Shown in pieces: positions 51,697-64,000 of a stretch of 64,000 bases of DNA (the first letter of the stretch is position 1; each line of letters starts with the position of its first letter). A model generated the notes under the pieces. It was not told where the DNA came from, made no database searches, and saw nothing but the letters and a program-made list of their open reading frames with translations. The stretch spans positions 480,001 to 544,000 of the forward strand of contig CAWDRG010000017.1 of the NCBI GenBank assembly GCA_963804645.1. The letters run 5' to 3'. Both the position numbers and the translations under genes were made by a program. The DNA comes from an uncultured Bacillota bacterium (GTDB taxonomy: Bacteria > Sysuimicrobiota > Sysuimicrobiia > Sysuimicrobiales > Segetimicrobiaceae).

Positions 51697-52548
51697 CTAC
51701 GGGTGCAGCGCCTCCACCGGCTGTCCGAGCGCCCACCGGCTCGGCTCGATCCGCACGGTGCCGTGGCTCTCATCGACGCCGTCGAACGCCAGTACCGAGA
51801 CGTACTGCTCGACCAGCTTCTCCTGCGGCTGCGTCGCTTCGATCAGCACGCCGACGCCCACGACCTCCGCCCGGCACTCGCGCATCAAGTCGTAGACCCC
51901 GCGCGCCGTCCCACCGCCGCGGAGGAAGTCGTCGATGAACAGCGCGCGCGCGCCGGCCGGGACCGCGCGGAGGGGCAGCGTCATCGACTGCACCGTTCGG
52001 GACGACCCGGACACATAGTTGACCGTGACGGACGATCCCTCGGTCACGCGCTCGCCCCTTCGAATCGTCACGAGCGGCACGTTGAAGGCCCGAGCGGTCA
52101 TGAGGGCGAGGGGAATGCCCTTCACCTCCATCGACAGGACGACGTCGGGGCGCCGGTCCTCGAAAAACGTCGCGAAGGTGTCTCCGAGCCGCTCCACCAG
52201 ACCGGGCAGCGACAGCAGATCGGTCGTGTAGAGAAACCCGCCGGGCAGGATTCGCGCGGGATCCCGCAGCCGCTCGGCGAGGCGCTCGGCGAGCGCGCGG
52301 ATCTGGCCCGGCGTGCAGTGGGGCGTGTACCGGACCCCGCCGCTCACGCCGGCGAGCGTGTCGATCCGCCCGAGCTCGAACATCTCGCACACGCGGCGCA
52401 GCGCGGCGATGTCCTCGCTGATCGTCGACTTGGCCGCATCGAGCCCGTCCGTGAACGTCCCCAGCGAGAAGACGGTATGCGGCTCCCGAAACAGCCGATG
52501 GGCGATCGCGAGCATGCGCTCGCCCCGCCGCAGCCGCCGCGCGCTCAT
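51697..52548 (-). CDS. purR: Pur operon repressor, Bacillus-type (wHTH + PRT domain)
   Basis: AAKSTISED, G..GGV.Y, RILPGGFLY, KGIPLA, VTEGS.V.VNYVSGSS, IDDFLRGGGT. Confidence 0.93.
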   Translation of the reverse strand: MSARRLRRGERMLAIAHRLFREPHTVFSLGTFTDGLDAAKSTISEDIAALRRVCEMFELGRIDTLAGVSGGVRYTPHCTPGQIRALAERLAERLRDPARILPGGFLYTTDLLSLPGLVERLGDTFATFFEDRRPDVVLSMEVKGIPLALMTARAFNVPLVTIRRGERVTEGSSVTVNYVSGSSRTVQSMTLPLRAVPAGARALFIDDFLRGGGTARGVYDLMRECRAEVVGVGVLIEATQPQEKLVEQYVSVLAFDGVDESHGTVRIEPSRWALGQPVEALHP

Positions 52549-53351
52549 CCGGGACCTCCGGCCAAGTATCGCGCCATCATGGCGAGATCCTCGGGCCTGT
52601 CCACGTCGATGCCGATCTCGGCGTTCCGGCAGATCACCGCCCGCGCGCGAATCCCAGCGATCCGCTCGACGCGCGCCTCAAGCGCGGCGATCCGAAGACG
52701 CCCCGTGGCAAGGCCGATCAGCGTCGACGTACCGAACAGGCCCGCGAGCCGCCACGGCGACTTGCGCGCGGCGATCGCCCGCTCGATCCCCGGCCGCGCT
52801 CGCGCGAACGCCAGCGGCGTGATCAAGAACGCGCTGCCTCCCGTAAACACGCCGTCCCGGAGCCGGACGAACGTCTTCCGCACGTCCGGATACGCCCGCT
52901 CCACGTCGGCCCGGGGCACGACCGCATACGTCAACTCCGCGTCCATGAAGAACGCCGCGTCCACGAACGCACCGATCGCCGCGGGCGTCAGCAGCGGCAG
53001 ATCGGCGGCGACGGCGAGGACGGGGGCGGTTGGGTCGAGCCCGACGAAGCCGGCGGCCAAGTTCTCGAGGAGGCTTCCCCGCTCGACGACCGGCGCGTCC
53101 ACGACTGCGGCGACGCTCGCCGGAAGGGCGCGGGGGCCGACCAAGATGATCCGGCCGACCTGGGGTGATCCGCGGAGCGCCGCGAGGACAAATTCGACCA
53201 TCAGCCGGCCCGCGAGCGGCGCAAAGGCTTTCGGGAGGGAGCCGCCCGTCATGCCGGGCTCTGGCCGGCCGCCGGCAAGCACCACCGCGGGCACACGCGC
53301 CGCCGAAGGAACCCGGAGATCGCCCGGCGTCGTGTGGACGTCAGGCATCAA
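52545..53351 (-). CDS. Nucleotidyltransferase family protein (MobA-like NTP transferase)
   Basis: AVVLAGG..PKA, ADLPLL, FTGG, DVDRPED. Confidence 0.8.
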   Translation of the reverse strand: MMPDVHTTPGDLRVPSAARVPAVVLAGGRPEPGMTGGSLPKAFAPLAGRLMVEFVLAALRGSPQVGRIILVGPRALPASVAAVVDAPVVERGSLLENLAAGFVGLDPTAPVLAVAADLPLLTPAAIGAFVDAAFFMDAELTYAVVPRADVERAYPDVRKTFVRLRDGVFTGGSAFLITPLAFARARPGIERAIAARKSPWRLAGLFGTSTLIGLATGRLRIAALEARVERIAGIRARAVICRNAEIGIDVDRPEDLAMMARYLAGGPG

Positions 53352-53357
53352 GCCCGG

Positions 53358-54224
53358 CTACCGTTCCTCCGCGAACGTACGGGTCACGATGACGTCGATA
53401 TCGGCGACGGCGGAGAGGCCCTTGGCGATCTCGCGCGCGGCGGCCTCGTTGGCGGCGAGGGCAAACAGGACGGGACCGGTCCCCGACAGGGACACCCCCA
53501 GCGGGTGGTACGCCAGCATACGGTCTCGAATCGCCGCCACCGACGGGTAGTGGGCCGTCACCACGTCCTCGAACACGTTGCACAGCGACCGACCGACGCC
53601 GGCCGCGTTTTCGGCCTCGATCGCCCGCACGACGCCGCCGGTATCGGGCCGGCGCCGAATCGACTCGTGATTCAAGATCCGATACGCCCATTCGGTCGAG
53701 ACCTGCACCGGCGGCCGCGCCAGCACGACCCACGTCGTCGGAAGCGGGCGCAGCGGCCGAATCCGCTCGCCGCGGCCCATCGCCAGCGCCGCCCCGCCCG
53801 CGAGGAAGAACGGCACGTCGGATCCGATCTTGCTCGCGAGATCGGCCAGCTGCCACTCCGAGAGCCGCAATTTCCACATTTGGGCGAGCCCGAGCAGCGT
53901 GACCGCCGCGTCGCTCGACCCGCCGCCGAGCCCCGAGGCGATCGGAATGCACTTGGTCAGCTCGACTTCCACGCCTCGTGGGATCCTGAACGTCTCCTTG
54001 AGAAACTGCGCGGTGCGGTACACGATATTCTGCGTGTCCGGCGGCACGTCGGGGCTGGCGCAGCGGATCGTGATGCCGCTTTCGTTCTCGCGGAGGACGA
54101 TCGAGTCGTGCAGCTCGATCGTGTGCATCACGGTTTCGATGTCGTGGTATCCGTCGTCGCGATCGGCGAGCACGTCGAGCGTCAGATTGATCTTTGCGTA
54201 GGCGTTCAGGTGCAGCTCTTTCAA
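53358..54224 (-). CDS. ispE: 4-diphosphocytidyl-2-C-methyl-D-erythritol kinase
   Basis: AKINLTL, DGYHD, IP.ASGLGGGSSDAA, GSDVPFF, LSGTGP; AGGAGG RBS before a TTG start. Confidence 0.95.
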   Translation of the reverse strand: MKELHLNAYAKINLTLDVLADRDDGYHDIETVMHTIELHDSIVLRENESGITIRCASPDVPPDTQNIVYRTAQFLKETFRIPRGVEVELTKCIPIASGLGGGSSDAAVTLLGLAQMWKLRLSEWQLADLASKIGSDVPFFLAGGAALAMGRGERIRPLRPLPTTWVVLARPPVQVSTEWAYRILNHESIRRRPDTGGVVRAIEAENAAGVGRSLCNVFEDVVTAHYPSVAAIRDRMLAYHPLGVSLSGTGPVLFALAANEAAAREIAKGLSAVADIDVIVTRTFAEER

Positions 54225-54424
54225 CGCCGCAACCTCCTTCTCAAAAACACAACCCGCGGCGCCACCCTCAGGCGGCCTCCGCGGGACGACTCGCGGGCGG
54301 CACAACGATCGTCGGCATCGGTGCTACACACGACCGGCGCATCAGTCCTCCTGCCGGCACGACTTGCTGCGGGGTCCACTTCTCGCACGCCGCACCGTTT
54401 CCTTCCTCGCACTTCCGCGGCGCC

Positions 54425-54452
54425 TTGACACGGATTCGAATCCGCCTATGAT
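54425..54452 (+). promoter_or_regulatory. Promoter of the LCP gene with a palindromic spacer
   Basis: TTGACA-16 bp-TATGAT; the spacer contains the perfect palindrome CGGATTCGAATCCG. Confidence 0.6.
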
Positions 54453-54459
54453 GTGGGGT

Positions 54460-55710
54460 GTGGGCCCGACCCCCGAACTGACGTCCGCTCCTCTCCCCCG
54501 CCCCCCGCTGTGGCCGCGCGTCGCTCGCTGGATGCTGCTCGGCGTGGCCGCCCTCCTCGCCGTCGCGCTCCTCGCGGTCACCGCGTCGCTCGGCGTGCGC
54601 GCGACGCCGCCGGGTCCGACGTTTGGATGGCCGTACCGGGTGACCGGCCGCACGAACATCTTGATCATGGGACTCGATCGCACGGTCAGCGACCAGAACC
54701 CCAACGTGGTGTACGCGATCAGCCGCACCGACACCCTGATCGCCGCGAGCATCGACCCGGCGGCGCACCGCGTCTATCTGCTGAGCATCCCGCGGGACAC
54801 CCGCGCGCCGATCCCGGGCCACGGGATCGACAAGATCAACGCCGCGCACGCCTACGGCGGCGCGCCCCTGACGCTCCGCACCGTGCAGAATTTCCTCGGC
54901 GTGCCGTTCCCCTACTACATCGAGCTCCACGTCCGCGGGTTGGTCGATCTTGTCGACGCGGTCGGCGGGATCACCATCCGGATCCCGAAGGATCTCAACT
55001 ACGACGACAACTGGGACGGGCTGCACATCCACCTGAAGAAAGGCAACCGCCGGTTGGGCGGGCAGGCGGCGATGGAGTTCACGCGGTTTCGCCACGATCC
55101 CCTCGGCGACATCGGGCGGATCGCGCGGCAGCAGCAGGTGATGAACGCGCTGCTCCTCGAGCTGCGGCAGCCGCGGGTCATCCTGCGGGCCGACCGGGTG
55201 CTCGCGGCGCTGCGCAAGGATACGACGACGAACCTCGACGACACCCAGCTGATCGCGCTGGCGCTCTTCGGCGCCAGGCTGCCGCACGGAGGGCTCGCGC
55301 TGACGACGCTGCCCGGCCGCTTCGAACAGGGCGGCGCCGGGTACTGGCTGCCGGATGCGGCGGCGGATCGAGCCGCCGTCGTGCGGCTCTTCTACGGCAT
55401 TGATCCGGCGACGCTCGAAGGAACGACGGTGGAGATCGCCAACGGCAGCGGCGCCCGAGCGGCCGCCGCCGATCCGCTCGCTCGGCTCACCGCGCTCGGC
55501 GTCCACATCGGAGCGGTCACCGCGGCGGCCGACGCCGCCGAAACCGTCGTGATCGTCCACCGGGGGGACCCCGAGGCGGCCCGCGTCATCGCCGCCGCGA
55601 TCGGCGCGCACCGCATCATCCGCGCCGCCGCCGGATCCGGGCCGGACGTGTCGGTGGTGCTGGGAAGCGACTCGATCGCCCCGGCGCTCACGGACTCGGC
55701 GGGACACTAG
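54460..55710 (+). CDS. LCP (LytR-CpsA-Psr) family protein with C-terminal LytR_C domain (start uncertain)
   Basis: One TM, NILIMGLD, RTDT, LSIPRDT, KINAA, VDAVGG, RFRHD..GD.GR..RQQ, VEIANGSG. Confidence 0.92.
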   Translation: MGPTPELTSAPLPRPPLWPRVARWMLLGVAALLAVALLAVTASLGVRATPPGPTFGWPYRVTGRTNILIMGLDRTVSDQNPNVVYAISRTDTLIAASIDPAAHRVYLLSIPRDTRAPIPGHGIDKINAAHAYGGAPLTLRTVQNFLGVPFPYYIELHVRGLVDLVDAVGGITIRIPKDLNYDDNWDGLHIHLKKGNRRLGGQAAMEFTRFRHDPLGDIGRIARQQQVMNALLLELRQPRVILRADRVLAALRKDTTTNLDDTQLIALALFGARLPHGGLALTTLPGRFEQGGAGYWLPDAAADRAAVVRLFYGIDPATLEGTTVEIANGSGARAAAADPLARLTALGVHIGAVTAAADAAETVVIVHRGDPEAARVIAAAIGAHRIIRAAAGSGPDVSVVLGSDSIAPALTDSAGH

Positions 55711-55769
55711 CCCCGCCTCATCCGTCCTCGGTCGGCCACCCCCGCGCCCGGGCAAACGGCGCCCCGCCG

Positions 55770-56651
55770 TCAGGCGGGAGGAAGCGGATGCAGCGCGCGC
55801 GCGAGCGCTCCGAACGCCTCGAGCCCGAGCGTCTCGGCGCGTGCGCGAGGGTCGACGGCGCAGACCGCACACGCCGCCGCGACCGCCGGAACCGGCAGCC
55901 CCAGTCCATGCGCGAGCGCGTTGAGGAGGGTCTTGCGGCGCTGGCCGAACCCCGCGGCCACGATCCGGACGAACTCACCCTCGTCGGGCACACAGACCGC
56001 CGGCTCGTCCCGCGGCACGATCTCCAGAACGGCGGACTCCACTTCGGGCGGCGGAAGAAACGCGCCCGGCGGAATCCGAAGCACAATGCGCGCACGCGCC
56101 CGAAACTGAACGGCCACGGACAGCCGGCCGTAGGCCGCCGTTCCGGGGAGCGCCACGATCCGCTCCGCCACCTCCCGCTGGACCGTGACCACGATCCGCG
56201 AGACGCGCAGCGCGGGATCGAGGAACCGCAGCAGCACCGGGGCGGCGATATTGTACGGAAGATTCGCGACGAGCTTCCGCGTGGCATCCGGGGGTCCGTC
56301 GAACAGGGCGTCCGGAACGGCCTCCAGCACATCGCCGGCGACGATCCGAACGTTGGGACTGGCGGCGACGCCGGCGGCCAGCGCGGGGAGCAGCCGCCGA
56401 TCCAGCTCCACCGCGGTGACGCGTCCGGCCAGGCGGGCGAGGGCCTGCGTCAGCGTGCCCAGCCCGGCGCCGACCTCCAGCACGCTGTCGGCCGCCGACA
56501 GGCTCGCGGCCGAGACGATCGCGTCGAGGGCCCGGCTGCTGACGAGAAAGTGCTGCCCAAACCGGCGAAGCGGACGGACGCCAAACCGGTGCAAGACCGC
56601 CCTCGCGCCGGCCGGCGTTGCCAGGTCATCCAGGGGGACAGGACCGTTCAT
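55770..56651 (-). CDS. rsmA: 16S rRNA dimethyladenosine transferase
   Basis: FGQHFL, LEVGAGLG, VELD, ANLPYNI, QREVAERI, YGRLSV, PPPEVES, RRKTL. Confidence 0.96.
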   Translation of the reverse strand: MNGPVPLDDLATPAGARAVLHRFGVRPLRRFGQHFLVSSRALDAIVSAASLSAADSVLEVGAGLGTLTQALARLAGRVTAVELDRRLLPALAAGVAASPNVRIVAGDVLEAVPDALFDGPPDATRKLVANLPYNIAAPVLLRFLDPALRVSRIVVTVQREVAERIVALPGTAAYGRLSVAVQFRARARIVLRIPPGAFLPPPEVESAVLEIVPRDEPAVCVPDEGEFVRIVAAGFGQRRKTLLNALAHGLGLPVPAVAAACAVCAVDPRARAETLGLEAFGALARALHPLPPA

Positions 56652-56743
56652 CTCGGGAGTTCCTTCGGACGGGCGCCGCGCCCGGCCGCCGGGCGCACGA
56701 TCGGAGTCGGCCCGTGAGCAGGCCGACCCCCCGGAAACCACAC

Positions 56744-57814
56744 TCAGTGGGAATCGAGGATGAAGACCCGCACCGGCTGACGGCCGAAGCGTATCGCCTC
56801 GTCGTAGGTATTGTAGCAGAGGTCGACGCGCCGGCCCCGGATGTTTCCCCCGGTATCCCCGGCGACCGCGTACCCGTAGCCCTCGACGTAGAGGTGCGTC
56901 CCGAGGGGGATGACGGAGGGGTCGACGGCCACGACGCCCCGGCCCGCGATCATGCCGATCGCGGTGCGGGGTCCGACGCCACCGCCGAAGTTGTTCGGTC
57001 CCGGGTAGTACGCGGTCGCCTCGAACACCATGTATTCACGCCCCGCGAACGCCCCGCGCGACGCGATCATGGCCCGCGTGCCGACCGCCACAACTTTCGG
57101 GGCGGGCGGGACCGTCACCGCCCACGGGCCGGGCACCATCATGGCCGGCCTGTCGTCGGCGTAGAGGACCTTCACGGTACGCTGCTGCAGCCCGGGGCGC
57201 CCGGCGCTGCGGACCGTCTCGTTCCCCTTGAAGAGCGCGGCGTCGTTGACCACCTGCGACGTAAATGGAACCGGGCGCGACTCGACCCACGCATGCCATT
57301 GGCGCCGCTCCACGGTCACCCGCATCGCCGGGGTGAGGGCGGCGCCCAGGCTCGGGTAGACACGATCCGCGGATTCGAGGCTCACGTGGAGCGCCCTGAG
57401 CGCCTCGCCGACGGTCTTGGCGGCCAGGTGGACCTGGCGGCGCTGGCCGCCGATCCGGACCTCAATCGGCACCGCTCGGACGACCTCGATCTCCATCCCG
57501 GACCAGACCGGGGTGTCGGGACCCGGGGTCAGCCGGTCGCCGGTGTGAAGGAGCACCTTTGAAGCGGCCAGGACGTCCCCGACGTTCTGCCCGAACAGCC
57601 GCTGGTTCCGGGTCGTCCCGTCCGCGCTGATGTGCACGTTGTGGGGGACCGGGATCCCCAACCCGGTGGCAAGGACCCCGACGGGCAGGAGCAGGGCGAA
57701 GCTCGCATAGATCCAGCCGGCCAGGCGCTGCTTGCGGCCCCGGAAAGAAGTAGAGGATCCGAGCGGGTTGTTCGGCGTGCCCGACAGGAAGATCCCCCCT
57801 TTTCGGCTGCCCAT
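56744..57814 (-). CDS. YabE-like cell-wall remodelling protein (DUF348 x2, G5, 3D domain)
   Basis: TM, two 'VG..L...V.L...DR..P' repeats, a G5 segment and the 3D motif ATAY..VAVDP.VIPLGT..YG.AVAGDTGG..RVDL; upstream of rsmA. Confidence 0.88.
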   Translation of the reverse strand: MGSRKGGIFLSGTPNNPLGSSTSFRGRKQRLAGWIYASFALLLPVGVLATGLGIPVPHNVHISADGTTRNQRLFGQNVGDVLAASKVLLHTGDRLTPGPDTPVWSGMEIEVVRAVPIEVRIGGQRRQVHLAAKTVGEALRALHVSLESADRVYPSLGAALTPAMRVTVERRQWHAWVESRPVPFTSQVVNDAALFKGNETVRSAGRPGLQQRTVKVLYADDRPAMMVPGPWAVTVPPAPKVVAVGTRAMIASRGAFAGREYMVFEATAYYPGPNNFGGGVGPRTAIGMIAGRGVVAVDPSVIPLGTHLYVEGYGYAVAGDTGGNIRGRRVDLCYNTYDEAIRFGRQPVRVFILDSH

Positions 57815-57950
57815 GATCCGCCCAGACGGCCGACGGCAGCCGCGCTCGCTCTGGAAAAACTCCTAGGATCTGCGGCGGTCGATGGGGTGTGGGAGCTGGT
57901 GTGATCGCTGGTGAGGTGTCTTGAGTTATAGACTACGTTCTACTGTGGGA

Positions 57951-57979
57951 ATTATACCTATAGACGAATTTCAATGCAA
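57951..57979 (-). promoter_or_regulatory. Sigma-70-type promoter of the yabE-like gene and rsmA
   Basis: TTGCAT-17 bp-TATAAT in an AT-rich intergenic stretch. Confidence 0.65.
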
Positions 57980-58060
57980 GTGTCCAGACCCCGAGGTTAG
58001 TCCGTCAAAAGGTCCCGCTCACTTCGGCGTGACGGGGCGATGCCTAGGCGTGTGCGATGA

Positions 58061-59014
58061 TCAGGACCCGACGGTCGGGCCGAGCCCCGCGAGTCTCACG
58101 AGGGAGTCGGCCGCCGAGTAGGGGTCCAACTCTCCAGCTGCGACCCGCGCGGCCAGCGTGTCCAGCGCTAGCGGGCCGACCACGTCGAGCAGCCGGCGCC
58201 GCACCTGCGACTCCGCGATCATGAGGATCTCCTGACGCCTCCGCTCCTTGCGCCGCTGGTCGAGTAGGGCGTGGGCCTCCTGGTACGCGCGGTGCCGGGC
58301 GATCTCTTCCAGGACCGCCGGGACCCCGGTTCCCTCCACGGCGGACGCCAGAAGCACGGGCGGCCGCCAACCGTGGCGGTCGGGCGCCAGGCCGAGCATC
58401 ATCTTGATCTCGGTCGCGGTACGGTCGGCGTCGCCTTGGTCGGCTTTGTTCACGACGAACAGGTCTCCGATCTCCATGACCCCGGCCTTGAGCGCCTGCA
58501 CCCCGTCCCCGAGGTGGGGGACCGTCACGACGGCGACCGTGTCCGCGAGCCTGACGATGTCCACTTCCGCCTGCCCGGTGCCGACGGTTTCGACCAGGAT
58601 CAGGTCGCAGCCATAGGCGTCGAGGACTTCAACCGCACCCGATGCGGCCAGGGCCAAGCCGCCGAGGTACCCCCTAGTGGCCATACTGCGGACGAACACC
58701 CCGGGATCGGTGGCATGGTCCTGCATCCGGACCCGGTCGCCCAGAATGGCGCCCCCGGTGAAGGGGCTGGTCGGATCGACCGCCACCACCCCCACCCGGC
58801 GCCCGTCGCGGCGGGCCAGGCGCACCAGCGCGTCGATCAGGGTGCTCTTTCCGGCCCCGGGCGGACCCGTGATGCCGGCGATGTGGCCGCGCCCCGTATG
58901 AGCATGAAGCTCGCGGAGCAGCGGCACCGCGTCGGCGGGGCGGTTCTCGACGACGGAGATGAGGCGGGCCACCGCGAGCGGCGACCCCCGAAGTACCTCC
59001 GCCGCCAGCGTCAC
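58061..59014 (-). CDS. meaB: Methylmalonyl-CoA mutase-associated GTPase
   Basis: GITGPPGAGKST, AVDPTSPFTGGAILGDRVRM, ETVG.GQ, KAGVME, VNKAD. Confidence 0.95.
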   Translation of the reverse strand: MTLAAEVLRGSPLAVARLISVVENRPADAVPLLRELHAHTGRGHIAGITGPPGAGKSTLIDALVRLARRDGRRVGVVAVDPTSPFTGGAILGDRVRMQDHATDPGVFVRSMATRGYLGGLALAASGAVEVLDAYGCDLILVETVGTGQAEVDIVRLADTVAVVTVPHLGDGVQALKAGVMEIGDLFVVNKADQGDADRTATEIKMMLGLAPDRHGWRPPVLLASAVEGTGVPAVLEEIARHRAYQEAHALLDQRRKERRRQEILMIAESQVRRRLLDVVGPLALDTLAARVAAGELDPYSAADSLVRLAGLGPTVGS

Positions 59015-59018
59015 CGGG

Positions 59019-60698
<1,680 letters not shown>

Positions 60699-60723
60699 CG
60701 CTGTCGCCTCGCTTCCTCGATCC

Positions 60724-61263
60724 CTACCCGATCGTGACCAGCACCTGCCCGCCGGACACCTCGGCGCCGGACGTGACGTGCACCTTCCGCACCACCCCCG
60801 CGGCGGGCGCGCACAGCTCCATCTGCATCTTCATGGCTTCCACGGTCACGAGGGATTGACCCGCGGCGACGGGCGCCCCTTCGGCGGCGAGCACGGCCAC
60901 GACCAGCCCCGGCATGGGAGCCCGCACCTCAAGGCCCCGGGCCGCGCGCCCCGCCCCGCCCGGTCCCGCGCGCCGCCGCCCGCCCCGCGCGACGGCCACG
61001 TCATACGTATACCCGTCGAGCACCATCGTCCAGCGCCGCTGCCCGCCGGCCTCCTCCGTGCTCGCGCCCGGCGCCGCGACGCGGGGCAGCGTGCCGAGGT
61101 CGTGCGGCGCCTGATCGACGACGAGCGAGTACCATCCGGGCAGCACGGCGGCCGCGTCGACATCCCGGGTGCGCCCGTCGACCGAGACGCGCAGCGCGTC
61201 TCCAACGGGCTCGACCGCGACCTCGATCTCGTCGGCGCCGACGCGCACCAGGTACTTGGTCAC
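60724..61263 (-). CDS. Biotin carboxyl carrier protein
   Basis: [14 protein letters not shown] biotinylation motif. Confidence 0.92.
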   Translation of the reverse strand: MTKYLVRVGADEIEVAVEPVGDALRVSVDGRTRDVDAAAVLPGWYSLVVDQAPHDLGTLPRVAAPGASTEEAGGQRRWTMVLDGYTYDVAVARGGRRRAGPGGAGRAARGLEVRAPMPGLVVAVLAAEGAPVAAGQSLVTVEAMKMQMELCAPAAGVVRKVHVTSGAEVSGGQVLVTIG

Positions 61264-62740
61264 GACAGCGCCTCGCGCCGGGCAGCCGCTTTCCAGGCGC
61301 CGGAGGCCTGGGGGGGAGCAGCGGGACGCGGTGGTCATCGCGGTACGCGAGCACCGCCGCGGCGACCGCGGCGAGGGGAAGGTCGCGGGGCGCGCGGCGC
61401 GGCCACTCGAGGTCCACGAACCGTGTGCTGTAGGCCCCGTCCACAAACCAGGGATGCCTGAGCGCCCACCGATGGAACGGGATCGTCGTGGGCACCCCGG
61501 TCACGATCATCTCGGACAGCGCCGCCGACATCCTGGCGATCGCTTCCGGGCGCGTCGGCGCCCAGGCGATCACCTTCGCCATCAGCGGGTCGTAGAACCG
61601 GGTGACCTCGAGGCCCGGGTCCAGCGCCCCGTCGAATCGGATCCCGGGGCCCCCAGGCAGGACCACGGCCTCGACGCGACCCGCCCACGGCACGAACCCG
61701 GCGCTTGGGTCCTCGGCGGAGATCCGGCACTCGATCGCGTGGCCCCGGAGCGCGATCTGGTGTTGACCGAGCGGCAGGGGCGCGCCCGAGGCGATCGCGA
61801 TCTGCCACGCCACCAGGTCGACGCCCGTCACCAGCTCAGTCACCGGGTGCTCCACCTGCAGCCTGGCGTTGATCTCGAGGAAGTAAAACGCGTCCCCGTC
61901 GACGAGAAACTCCACGGTCCCCACGTTGCGATAGCCCACCGCACGGGCGGCCGCGATCGCCGCGCGACCCATCGCATCCCGCAGTGGCGCGGTGAGGGCC
62001 GGAGACGGCGCCTCCTCGATGATCTTCTGGTGACGGCGCTGGACCGAGCACTCGCGCTCGCCGAGATGCACGATCTCGCCCCGCCCGTCGGCGGCGATCT
62101 GGACTTCGACGTGCCGGGGATCGTCGACCCAGCGTTCCAAGTACACGCGGTCGTCGCCAAACGACGCGCGGGCCTCTCCGCGGGCCAGCCGCAGCGCGGC
62201 GAGAAGATCCTCCGGCCTCGGCACGCGGTGGATCCCCTTCCCGCCCCCGCCGGCCGCGGCTTTGATCAACACGGGGTACCCGAGCCGCAGCGCCTCGGCC
62301 GCCGCACCCACGTCGTCCAGCGACTCCGTGCCGGGCAGCACCGGCACGCCGGCCCCGCGGGCGGCGCGCCGGGTCTCGGCCTTGTCGCCGCATCGCGCGA
62401 GCACCTCCGCCGGAGGGCCGATGAAGCGGATCCCCTCCTCCGCGCAGGCCGCCGCAAACTCCGGATTCTCCGCGAGGAACCCATAGCCGGGGTGCACGGC
62501 GTCCGCGCCGGACCGGCGGGCCGCGTCGACGACCGCGGGAATGCGGAGATACGACTCGACGGCCGGGCCGGGGCCGATCCGATACGCTTCGTCCGCGGCG
62601 CGCACGTGGGGGGCGGCGCGATCCGCGTCGCTGTAGATGGCCACCGCGCCGAGCCCCAGCGCGCGGCACGCGCGGATCACGCGCAGTGCGATCTCGCCGC
62701 GATTGGCGACGAGCACCTTGCGGATCTCGGCCTCAGGCAT
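61260..62740 (-). CDS. accC: Biotin carboxylase subunit of acyl-CoA carboxylase (frameshift in G-run ~61310)
   Basis: ANRGEIA, HPGYGFLAEN, GGGGKG, ERECSVQRRHQK, RLQVEHPVTE; the corrected end is ..[12 protein letters not shown]. Confidence 0.92.
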
Positions 62741-62743
62741 GCG

Positions 62744-64000
<1,257 letters not shown>

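Noticed and set aside
57815..57950. c-di-AMP (ydaO) riboswitch expected upstream of a 3D-domain gene
   Set aside because: The conserved GCTGAATCC, GGGGTGAAT and CCCGTCAGCT motifs are not present.

Overview
High-GC (about 70% by eye) bacterial chromosomal segment, almost entirely on the minus strand, from a diderm Terrabacteria-type organism. The gene content would fit Armatimonadota/CSP1-3-like lineages, but that placement is inference. In transcription order it carries: a propionyl-CoA carboxylase/methylmalonyl-CoA mutase cluster; a Firmicutes-like yabE-rsmA-ispE-purR-ridA-glmU-prs backbone with inserted genes and tRNA-Gln; wecA-wecB; a ~29 kb outer-membrane biogenesis cluster (lysine-less lipoyl-fold protein, two S55 peptidases, tamB, sigma factor plus a membrane protein, bamA, three skp, lpxD-lpxC-fabZ-lpxA-lpxI-lpxB, lptC-A-B-F/G, arnT-like and GT2 genes, DUF3084, yqgF-like, SLH-porin); pyrF; two complete IS elements with target-site duplications; and hpt-guaB-guaA-pcrA. 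About 20 single-base frameshifts, several in G/C runs and many in essential genes, indicate assembly errors rather than pseudogenes. The most interesting candidates are (i) a putative S55 protease / anti-sigma / sigma signalling module inside the outer-membrane operon, (ii) an unusual two-gene IS (Cys/His protein plus ISAs1-like DDE transposase), (iii) LexA-like boxes at the purine/pcrA and porin promoters, and (iv) a lipid A cluster lacking Kdo, lpxK and msbA genes. No CRISPR array or rRNA was seen.
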